From UHGV virus genome UHGV-1379488: 43,171 nucleotides of DNA, one strand, 5' to 3'. This stretch comes from a virus. Both the position numbers and the translations under genes were made by a program. The notes beneath the pieces were generated by a model that was not told the origin of the DNA, made no database searches, and saw only the letters and a program-made list of their open reading frames with translations. Of this stretch, positions 8,500-15,581 are shown piece after piece (position 1 is the first letter of the stretch; each line of letters opens with the position of its first letter).

Positions 8500-8557
8500 A
8501 ATTTTTGGTATCTATTCCCCCTTGTGGGATGATACATACAACGGAAATGAGTACTGG

Positions 8558-8631
8558 TCAGAATGCTGATATGTCATGATATACTTTCTGACCCTGGGCC
8601 GGGACCTATCAAACCTCCTTTACCCGGCCCG
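8558..8631. promoter_or_regulatory. two inverted repeats upstream of the replication module (GGTCAGAA...TTCTGACC; GGGCCGGG...CCCGGCCC)
   Basis: Perfect 8-bp arms at 8558-8565/8588-8595 and 8596-8603/8624-8631. Confidence 0.35.
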
Positions 8632-8645
8632 AAAGGAGGGATTAT

Positions 8646-9020
8646 TTGAAGAATAAGCGAACTGTTAGTGAAGAAGTTCAAGCAAGAGTATATAATGCGC
8701 TCCTTGTAGGGAAAGAGAATGCATTGAACAGAGATGAATTGGTATCCAAGATAGGGGAATCGGATAGAGATATACGAACCGCCATTGAGATATTAAGGCA
8801 CGATAAAGTAATTCTTACATTGCCAACAGGGAAAGGTTACTATATACCCCGTGACGATGCACAGGGACGGCAAGAAACAGAGAAATGGCTTGTCAGCCAG
8901 AATAATAGGACTAAGAGCATAAAGGCAGCAGAACGTGGCGCACAGCTGTTTATAAGCCGGAATAAGAAAAAAGACAAAGGTATTCCTGGTCAGATTAGTA
9001 TGTTTGGAGCCGGATTATGA
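8646..9020 (+). CDS. winged-helix DNA-binding protein (replication or regulatory)
   Basis: TTG start 6 nt after AAAGGAGGG. wHTH-like segment LNRDELVSKIGESDRDIRTAIEILRHDKVILTLPTGKGYYI. Confidence 0.45.
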   Translation: MKNKRTVSEEVQARVYNALLVGKENALNRDELVSKIGESDRDIRTAIEILRHDKVILTLPTGKGYYIPRDDAQGRQETEKWLVSQNNRTKSIKAAERGAQLFISRNKKKDKGIPGQISMFGAGL

Positions 9021-9733
9021 GAGATAGTTTTGTAATGTATACAGCAAATATTGACCAAATTTTACTATTGAACATGGAGCAGAGAGGAAATCTATTTACT
9101 GCTATCATGTTATATGCAGCGGATAAAGAACTTCCACAGATGGATGGAATGACACAAATGGCTTTTAGCTTCATCAAGGCTCAGCTTGATAGAGATAATC
9201 AGAAGTATCAGAAGATGATAGAATCCAGAAGAGAAGCGGGAAAACTTGGAGGAAGGCCAAAAGGAAGTGCTTCATTTGATAAAAGTTCAGAATCAAAAAA
9301 AGCAAATGGTTTTTTTGAAAAGCAAACCGAAGCAAAAAAACATGATAATGTAAATGATAATGTAAATGATAATGTAAATGATAAAAAAAACTATTGTGTG
9401 CGTTTTGAACAGATGTGGCAAGCGTACCCGAGAAAAAAAGAGAAAGCAGCAGCCTATAAGGCATATAAGGCGCGCTTATCTGATGGATTTTCAGAGGACG
9501 AGCTGGAAACAGCAGTTAAAAGATACGCTGATGATTGTAAAAGTATGCACACGGAAGAACGGTATATCAAACATGCGGCTACCTTTTTTGGCCCCAATAC
9601 GCCGTTTGCGGATTACCTGAAAGGAGATAGAAATGGACCCATTACAGGAGATGGTCAGCAGAATACAGGGGGAACGCAAACATATTGCGATGACTACCTC
9701 GAAGGAGTTGGGGAAGGATTTACCGGATTCTGA
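9017..9733 (+). CDS. phage replisome organizer / DnaD-like replication protein
   Basis: N-terminal replisome-organizer-like domain with RREAGKLGGRPKG, C-terminal FEQMWQAYPRKKEKAAAYKAYKARL region. Directly upstream of and overlapping the DnaC-like loader. Contains a 12-bp tandem repeat. Confidence 0.5.
   Translation: MRDSFVMYTANIDQILLLNMEQRGNLFTAIMLYAADKELPQMDGMTQMAFSFIKAQLDRDNQKYQKMIESRREAGKLGGRPKGSASFDKSSESKKANGFFEKQTEAKKHDNVNDNVNDNVNDKKNYCVRFEQMWQAYPRKKEKAAAYKAYKARLSDGFSEDELETAVKRYADDCKSMHTEERYIKHAATFFGPNTPFADYLKGDRNGPITGDGQQNTGGTQTYCDDYLEGVGEGFTGF
9344..9379. repeat. 3 perfect tandem copies of GATAATGTAAAT (plus a partial 4th) inside the replication gene, flanked by A-tracts
   Basis: Direct reading. 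Encodes the DNVN x3 peptide. Confidence 0.8.
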
Positions 9734-10472
9734 TGTTTGTCCCATATGTCACGGTACAGGGTGGGTGTACTGGTGTGACGAGGAAGGCCGGGAAAACGGA
9801 TACAGATGCGATTGTGGGCTGATAGAACGACAGATAGCAGACAGGAAGCTTGAATTTGCGAACATACCAGAAGCATTTAAAAACTTGGATATCCGCTCCT
9901 TTGACCTTGGGGTATACCGGAAGAATGAGAGCCAGAAGATAATCAGGAACACTGGAGCAGCAATTAAATACTATCTGGACAACTTGGAAATGATGCGGAA
10001 GGACGGGATGGGACTGTACTTGTATTCCGGGACCAAGGGGTCAGGAAAGACACGGATGGCCGCAAGCATAGCAAACGAGATGGTCAGTACATACAGGATG
10101 CAGGTTAAGTTTACCGGCTCTATGCAGATTATCAACGAGATTAAAGCTACATGGGATGATAAGGACAGAAGCGAGAGTGACTTGTTAAGAGCGTTATCCA
10201 CTGTTCAGGTCTTGGTGATAGATGATTTTGGAACAGAGATTCCAAAGGACTGGATAGGAGAACGGTTTTACAGCATCATCAATGGACGGTACCAGGACAA
10301 GCTGATAACGATGTATACCAGCAATCTAAGCCTGCAGGACTTGCGATATGATGACAGGATAACCAATAGAATCAAGGAGCGTACCTTCCAACTGTCATTC
10401 CCGGAAGAATCAGTCAGGGAATTAATAGCAGAGAAGAATCGGAAAGCGCTTATAGAAGGAATGAGAGGATAG
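9633..10472 (+). CDS. DnaC/IstB-like AAA+ helicase loader
   Basis: Walker A GTKGSGKT and Walker B VLVIDDFG. N-terminal Cys cluster CPICHGTGW...CDCG. AAAGGAG RBS. Confidence 0.8.
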   Translation: MDPLQEMVSRIQGERKHIAMTTSKELGKDLPDSDVCPICHGTGWVYWCDEEGRENGYRCDCGLIERQIADRKLEFANIPEAFKNLDIRSFDLGVYRKNESQKIIRNTGAAIKYYLDNLEMMRKDGMGLYLYSGTKGSGKTRMAASIANEMVSTYRMQVKFTGSMQIINEIKATWDDKDRSESDLLRALSTVQVLVIDDFGTEIPKDWIGERFYSIINGRYQDKLITMYTSNLSLQDLRYDDRITNRIKERTFQLSFPEESVRELIAEKNRKALIEGMRG

Positions 10473-10482
10473 GTGTGGGGAG

Positions 10483-10743
10483 TTGAAGGAAATACATAAA
10501 AAAATACTGATGTTTGTAAAGCGATATATGCTGGAGCATGATTATCCACCCACAACCAGGGAAATAGGAGAGGGGGTTGGATATACGTCAAGCTCTACAA
10601 TTTGGGGGTATTTGCGTGATATGAGGGACATTGGCCTGATTAACTACACAGAAGAATGCCCTAGAACTATAACAATTCCAGGGATACATTATACGGATAC
10701 GCAAGATAACATCACAGAAGGGGGAACGCAAAATGCCGGATAA
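10483..10743 (+). CDS. LexA N-terminal DNA-binding-domain-only protein
   Basis: YPPTTREIGEGVGYTSSSTIWGYLRDMRDIGLI matches the LexA winged-helix signature. No peptidase domain follows (86 aa). Confidence 0.55.
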   Translation: MKEIHKKILMFVKRYMLEHDYPPTTREIGEGVGYTSSSTIWGYLRDMRDIGLINYTEECPRTITIPGIHYTDTQDNITEGGTQNAG

Positions 10744-10933
10744 CAAAGTAAAGAGCCAATATTTGGAAAACTCAGAGCGTCAGAGAATGGCTGTCATCAA
10801 GGATATGGAGCGCAATCCATCCCCTATGACAAAAGCATTTTTAAGACCAGCTTATGATGGGACGGAGGCGTGTCCAATTTACTGTAGACGGCCTACTAAG
10901 GCAAACACGTATTTAGAGGAGGAAATGCAATGA
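10733..10933 (+). CDS. hypothetical protein
   Basis: ORF with GGGGGA RBS. Confidence 0.45.
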   Translation: MPDNKVKSQYLENSERQRMAVIKDMERNPSPMTKAFLRPAYDGTEACPIYCRRPTKANTYLEEEMQ

Positions 10934-11142
10934 AGCATTTGAATGATAGATACGCAAAGGTAATGGAATACAAAGGCATGGATATCTGCACCTTGAGGGT
11001 AGCAACCCCATCCGATGGAGATGAACTGGGGTACCGGATTGATGATATCTCGTACGATGGAAGGGTGTTTGATGATTTGGGAGAGGCCATGAAGGCAATT
11101 GACTCATTTGGCATGCATTTAGCGAAGGAGACAGAGGAATGA
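10930..11142 (+). CDS. hypothetical protein
   Basis: AGGAGG RBS 7 nt before ATG. Confidence 0.55.
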   Translation: MKHLNDRYAKVMEYKGMDICTLRVATPSDGDELGYRIDDISYDGRVFDDLGEAMKAIDSFGMHLAKETEE

Positions 11143-11309
11143 AAAGAATATGCTGTTTTTTAACTGGTGGTCATAGATTCCAGCCAGGTAAAACCGAAAT
11201 AGACTGCGACGATGAAAGTAAAACCTGTAAAGTAACAGAAACCTGCTGTAAATGTGGAAAAAAATTTACATTCACGGCGACATATAAGCAGTTTGGAATG
11301 CCAGATTAG
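11139..11309 (+). CDS. 56-aa Cys-rich protein (CC...C..CDD...CKVTETCCKCGKKF)
   Basis: ATG overlaps the upstream stop (ATGA). AAGGAG nearby. Below the track cutoff. Confidence 0.4.
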   Translation: MKRICCFLTGGHRFQPGKTEIDCDDESKTCKVTETCCKCGKKFTFTATYKQFGMPD

Positions 11310-11384
11310 TAACCAAAATCAAGACAAAGCGGCGGACGGAGCTGAACATTCACTTCGGACGCATGCCGGGAAGGAGAAGAGAAG

Positions 11385-11738
11385 ATGAGAAAATATCTGG
11401 AAAAAGAAAAAGCGATCGACACATTAGCAATACTGTATGAGCGCATAAAAAGAGAAGAACATAACCAGGAAGCGGCTAATGGAGTTTGGCGTGCAATGGA
11501 AGCTATTGCGGGCCTGGGCGATGCGTGGATTCCCGCTTCTGAACGGCTCCCAAAGAAACCAAAAGAAAATCCGCTATATGATAACAAACCGTTGGAGTTA
11601 TATTTAGTGTCTGTCAAAAATACAGACTGTGTGATTATGGCACTTTGGAACGGAGCATCATTTACTGATGGGTGGGAGAAACTGGACGTGCTGGCCTGGA
11701 TGCCATTGCCGGAGCCATATAAGGAGGCAGAGGGATGA
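11385..11738 (+). CDS. DUF551-like phage protein
   Basis: GGAAGGAG RBS. Motifs WIPASERLPK and WMPLPEPYK resemble the DUF551 family (from memory). Confidence 0.45.
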   Translation: MRKYLEKEKAIDTLAILYERIKREEHNQEAANGVWRAMEAIAGLGDAWIPASERLPKKPKENPLYDNKPLELYLVSVKNTDCVIMALWNGASFTDGWEKLDVLAWMPLPEPYKEAEG

Positions 11739-12037
11739 TTGAAGAAGGAATCGTGAAAGACTTATCAATGGTAGTTGAAAATGCAAAATTGATGGGATGC
11801 CAAGAGGTTAAGTCATTTAAGAATATACCACTGAAAAATGTTGAGGCTGTCATATCAGCTCTACAGAAACAGATAGCAAAAAAACCAGAGGATGAAAGGT
11901 GTTTTATTAAAGACAAAGAGAATATCGGATTGTGCCCATCTTGTGGTGAAGGGGTCAATTCAAATTATCCATATTGTGGACACTGTGGGCAGAGAATCAA
12001 ATGGGATGTTGAGTGGCGCATGGAGGTAGATGGATGA
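11735..12037 (+). CDS. hypothetical protein with C-terminal zinc ribbon (CPSCG...CGHCG)
   Basis: ATGA overlap with the upstream gene. CxxC...CxxC. Confidence 0.5.
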   Translation: MIEEGIVKDLSMVVENAKLMGCQEVKSFKNIPLKNVEAVISALQKQIAKKPEDERCFIKDKENIGLCPSCGEGVNSNYPYCGHCGQRIKWDVEWRMEVDG

Positions 12038-12300
12038 TAGATAGACAAGGAGCAATTGCGATATTACAGGAGCACATTAATACATACCGCTACCAAACTA
12101 CAGATAAGGGATGGGCGCAAATGGTACGCACTGGAATTGTCGGAAACACGATACCTGACAAGATAGGTTTTATAGCAGAGGCGGAGAAACAGATACAGGC
12201 TTATGAGATGGCTATTAAGGCCCTGGAGAGCAGCGAAACGGAGGAGTTTATGGATCGGTGTCACCTGGGGAGCCCTTGTCCATATCAGATGCCCGTGTAA
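12034..12300 (+). CDS. hypothetical protein
   Basis: ATG 5 nt after GGAGGTAG. The track ORF starts at 12013. Confidence 0.45.
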   Translation: MIDRQGAIAILQEHINTYRYQTTDKGWAQMVRTGIVGNTIPDKIGFIAEAEKQIQAYEMAIKALESSETEEFMDRCHLGSPCPYQMPV

Positions 12301-12513
12301 TGTTTATAACGCAGCAGCGCATACCGGTACCTGATTCGCAGGACCGTGACTGCGTAAAGATAGCTGGCATGGCTCTGGTGTATGCACAACCAGTAAGACC
12401 GGCAGCGGATGTGCCTATGGAGAGATAATGGAGGACCATACGGCCAGGGGTTCCGGTCTGGCGCACATCCACTATATCGTTATTTGACAAATCACTGAGA
12501 GAAAGGAACAAAA

Positions 12514-12699
12514 ATGGAAGAATTGGAGGTATGTCCATTTTGTGGAAAAGAAGTAAAACTTGATGAAGATGGTTTTTATATGTTTTGCTGTGATAACTGC
12601 GGTGCAGGAGTGAGTTTTGCAAAAGTGCTTGCTGATGGAACTGCAACGGATATGGATAAAAAAGAAAGCATAGATGCTTGGAACAGAAGAGAGAACTAA
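12514..12699 (+). CDS. Lar-family restriction alleviation protein (zinc ribbon)
   Basis: 61 aa: LEVCPFCGKEV...FCCDNCGAGVSF...AWNRR, pattern typical of Lar-like anti-restriction proteins (recalled). Confidence 0.5.
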   Translation: MEELEVCPFCGKEVKLDEDGFYMFCCDNCGAGVSFAKVLADGTATDMDKKESIDAWNRREN

Positions 12700-12727
12700 A
12701 TTAGGATTTAACGAAAGAAGGTGCGAG

Positions 12728-12835
12728 ATGATTTGCGAAGAATGTAAAAGCTGTTGGAATTATATGATATGCGAGAATGGCTGTTATGGGAGTGATAAGC
12801 TATGCGAATATTTTGTTTCAGATACAGACAATTAA
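12728..12835 (+). CDS. 35-aa Cys-rich peptide (low confidence)
   Basis: GAAGGTG RBS. Sequence MICEECKSCWNYMICENGCYGSDKLCEY. Confidence 0.3.
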   Translation: MICEECKSCWNYMICENGCYGSDKLCEYFVSDTDN

Positions 12836-12854
12836 CATTTAAAGGAGGTACAGG

Positions 12855-13019
12855 GTGCGAAAAAGTAAGTGTATAAAAACGCATTACCCGGAATCCATCT
12901 GCATGGCAGAGAGAATTGTATTATTTCATGGAACCAGATTTCGCATTGCTTTGAGCTATCATGAATTTTACTGCGAGAAGTGCAAGAAGGTTAGGCATTT
13001 GTGGTTCATCAATAGATAA
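12855..13019 (+). CDS. 54-aa Cys-rich zinc-finger protein
   Basis: GTG 7 nt after AAGGAGG. C...C...CEKC. Confidence 0.45.
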   Translation: MRKSKCIKTHYPESICMAERIVLFHGTRFRIALSYHEFYCEKCKKVRHLWFINR

Positions 13020-13039
13020 TAGCAGTTTGGAGGATGAAG

Positions 13040-13204
13040 ATGTATTTAAACATTGAATATAGAGATGGAAAGACAGAACAGAAAATCGTGGATGATTGTA
13101 CTGTTAAAGATGGGTGCCTAAAGTATTATATCAGGACAGGAAGAGATGCTGGCACGCATTATATTCCATTGGATATTATCAAAGAGTTTCATAAAGAGAA
13201 TTAA
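13040..13204 (+). CDS. 54-aa hypothetical protein
   Basis: GGAGG RBS then ATG. Confidence 0.4.
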   Translation: MYLNIEYRDGKTEQKIVDDCTVKDGCLKYYIRTGRDAGTHYIPLDIIKEFHKEN

Positions 13205-13402
13205 CATTTAAGGGAACAAAAAAAGAGCCTTACGGCTCTGCCCGACGTTTTCACTAACGGGTGTGGAATTTCAACCACACAAGGGTCTACTGGCGGCTTT
13301 GCGTTCCCTGTTATTTGATTCAATTATAACAGCTTTAAAGCAACTATTCAATAGCAATAGTAGCTATTTTAATTTTCGGGAGAACCAGAGGAAGGAAGTA
13401 AG

Positions 13403-13543
13403 ATGATTGTTGTATTAGCTATATTAGGAGTATTATTGGGATTTTCTGTTGCTGTGAACATTGTTCTTGTGGTCGGATATGGACAACAAGTTAAGGAAAA
13501 TGAACGCTTAAAACATGAAGAGTGGAGACGTAATCTGACATAA
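13403..13543 (+). CDS. 46-aa single-TM protein
   Basis: GGAAGGAAG RBS. Hydrophobic N-terminus. Confidence 0.45.
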   Translation: MIVVLAILGVLLGFSVAVNIVLVVGYGQQVKENERLKHEEWRRNLT

Positions 13544-13604
13544 AAGAACGGTGGTTCAAGTTTGTAAATTAGCATTTCTGGGAGAACCGGAGAAAGGAGC
13601 CTGG

Positions 13605-13964
13605 ATGGAAAGAGATTTTGAAAAAGACATCATAGAGCTGGATGCTGCAATAAAGTCCAACGCGGAACGGGATAATACTTTTACGTTGTCGGTACTGCAA
13701 CGGGTGAAGGCAATCATGCTGCAACAGAAAGAAAAGCTGAAAGCCTATGAGGATACCGGCCTGACGCCAGGAGAAGTCCAGTATTTAAAAGACAAAAGCG
13801 AGCCGAGAATGGTGGTGTGGACACCAGCATATCAATCATATTATTCAGCTGGTGATGAAGCAGAGTGCCTCTGTCCGGTATGTGATTCAGATGTGGTTGA
13901 GGATGATGATTATTTCTGTCCAACTTGCGGCCAGGCATTGAAATATCATGATGAACCAAACTAA
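13605..13964 (+). CDS. hypothetical protein with C-terminal zinc ribbon (CPVCDS...CPTCGQ)
   Basis: AAAGGAG RBS. The track ORF starts at 13551. Confidence 0.55.
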   Translation: MERDFEKDIIELDAAIKSNAERDNTFTLSVLQRVKAIMLQQKEKLKAYEDTGLTPGEVQYLKDKSEPRMVVWTPAYQSYYSAGDEAECLCPVCDSDVVEDDDYFCPTCGQALKYHDEPN

Positions 13965-13992
13965 AATATTAACATTTTGAAAGGTTAAAGAC

Positions 13993-14217
13993 ATGATAAG
14001 ACGAGAAATTGAATTTCATCCGATGTCAGAACTGCCTAAAAATTCAGGATATGTATTATTGGCAATTCGACACAATAATCTTAATGATGTGGTTATGGGA
14101 CATTGGAGTGTTTTAAGAGGATTTCAATGTGGGATATATCCCGCATCGGCCAATACGGTATTCTGCTATTGGGCATATCCTCCGAAGCATCCAGACGGAG
14201 AGGAATGGAAAAAGTAA
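13993..14217 (+). CDS. hypothetical protein
   Basis: ORF; weak RBS. Confidence 0.4.
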   Translation: MIRREIEFHPMSELPKNSGYVLLAIRHNNLNDVVMGHWSVLRGFQCGIYPASANTVFCYWAYPPKHPDGEEWKK

Positions 14218-14333
14218 ACTCATTCCGGGAACCAGTTGGGGCTGCGGGCTTCTGTGCAATATGGCAGAGAAATGGAGAGGCTGGTATAAGAAAAAAGCAG
14301 CATAATTGCAAAATGAAATTTGGAGGATAAAAA

Positions 14334-14489
14334 GTGATTAAAGAATATATTACAACTCCCCAGTCATTAGCATTAGCCGCGATGATGTTCACATGGGGAT
14401 TAACTATATCCATCAATAGTAAAACGTTGCTATCTGCAATAAAAGTACTGTGGATTTTTTGCATGGTAGTACTGTGGGCATTAACGTAA
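14334..14489 (+). CDS. 51-aa small membrane protein
   Basis: GTG 7 nt after GGAGG. Two hydrophobic segments. Argues against the overlapping minus ORF 14093-14533. Confidence 0.4.
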   Translation: MIKEYITTPQSLALAAMMFTWGLTISINSKTLLSAIKVLWIFCMVVLWALT

Positions 14490-14507
14490 ATTTCTGGGAG
14501 GATGAGT

Positions 14508-14681
14508 ATGACGGAGGATATTACATACTGCACGAAACAGAATTGTGGTTATCTGCGCTGTGAAAGAAATCAAAAGCATATTAAGCAGCCGATTCCACAC
14601 AGCTATGCGCAGGTGGAGGGAACGAAATTTTGTTATAAAAAGCGTGAAGGTGTTGGAAGAATTGTATATCAACAAGATTAG
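14508..14681 (+). CDS. 57-aa Cys-rich protein (YCTKQNCGYLRCE...FCYKK)
   Basis: GGGAGG RBS 6 nt before ATG. Confidence 0.45.
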   Translation: MTEDITYCTKQNCGYLRCERNQKHIKQPIPHSYAQVEGTKFCYKKREGVGRIVYQQD

Positions 14682-14706
14682 GAAATCTAAGAAAGAAGGT
14701 GTGAAA

Positions 14707-15168
14707 ATGGCATATGCGGAAAAAACTTCTATTTCGGTTGCACGAACCAAGGCAGATATAGAGGAATTAGTACAGAAGTATGGAGCTAGTCAGTTCGTAA
14801 GCGGATACAAGGATAACTTGGCGGTAATAGGCTTTTCAATGTCCGGCCGCCAAATTAAGTTTCTTCTTCCTCTGCCGGACAAATCAGCGCGGGAATACTG
14901 GTACACGCCCGGCCGTGGGCAACGCCGGACAGAGGCGGCGGCGCATACCGCTTGGGAGCAAGCCTGCCGGAGCCGGTGGCGGGCATTGTATCTAATTATC
15001 AAAGCGAAACTGGAGGCAGTGGAAGCTGGAATTAGCACAGTGGAACGAGAATTTTTGTATGACATCGTGCTACCGGATGGCCAGACGGCCGGGGAGTGGA
15101 TGGCACCGCAGATTGCAGAGGCATACCAAACCGGCCAGATGCCGCCTATGCTTCCGTTACTAGATTAG
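14707..15168 (+). CDS. hypothetical protein (153 aa, higher GC)
   Basis: GAAGGTG RBS. The track ORF starts at 14545 in-frame, but the N-extension overlaps the upstream gene. Confidence 0.5.
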   Translation: MAYAEKTSISVARTKADIEELVQKYGASQFVSGYKDNLAVIGFSMSGRQIKFLLPLPDKSAREYWYTPGRGQRRTEAAAHTAWEQACRSRWRALYLIIKAKLEAVEAGISTVEREFLYDIVLPDGQTAGEWMAPQIAEAYQTGQMPPMLPLLD

Positions 15169-15195
15169 AATTTCTGGGATAACCGGAGGAACGTT

Positions 15196-15414
15196 ATGAT
15201 TGATAGGAAACATCCTTTTATTTTTAAAGTAAAATGGAGAGATTTTTATATTTTGTGGGTTTGGAAGTTTGCTTTTATATGGATTACCAAAGCCGAACAT
15301 ACAAATCCAAAGAAATACATAGAAATATGGAATGCAGAATATGGAAAAGCATTGGTATTCGGAAGATATGGAATCGGAATAGGTCATGCATTTAAGTTTA
15401 AGCCACAAAACTGA
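15196..15414 (+). CDS. hypothetical protein
   Basis: CCGGAGGAA RBS (a copy of the shared leader motif). Confidence 0.5.
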   Translation: MIDRKHPFIFKVKWRDFYILWVWKFAFIWITKAEHTNPKKYIEIWNAEYGKALVFGRYGIGIGHAFKFKPQN

Positions 15415-15473
15415 TATTTTCTAAACATAAGAAAAAACAAATTGAGGAAAAATTATATGCACAGAATAAAAAC

Positions 15474-15550
15474 TGAGCGGTGGTCACCCGCCAAGATGAT
15501 TCCACCGCTCCCGTAAATACGTCTGAGTATATTATACCTTACTCAGACGT
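15474..15550. promoter_or_regulatory. two perfect inverted repeats upstream of the internal recombinase gene
   Basis: GAGCGGTGG...CCACCGCTC (15474-15482 / 15501-15509) and CGTCTGAGTA...TACTCAGACG (15521-15530 / 15541-15550). Confidence 0.5.
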
Positions 15551-15581
15551 GAAAATCAATACGAATGAGGAGGATATAATT

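Noticed and set aside
9344-9379. Possibility that the 12-bp tandem repeat is a CRISPR-like array
   Set aside because: Contiguous repeats without spacers, located inside a coding frame. No cas genes. Interpreted as iterons.
12248-12646. 132-aa minus-strand ORF spanning the non-coding gap
   Set aside because: It overlaps the Lar-like gene and the upstream gene. No RBS; compositionally a GC-rich antisense artefact.
14093-14533. 146-aa minus-strand ORF
   Set aside because: It overlaps four plus-strand genes that have SD-ATG/GTG starts in an otherwise uniformly plus-strand operon.
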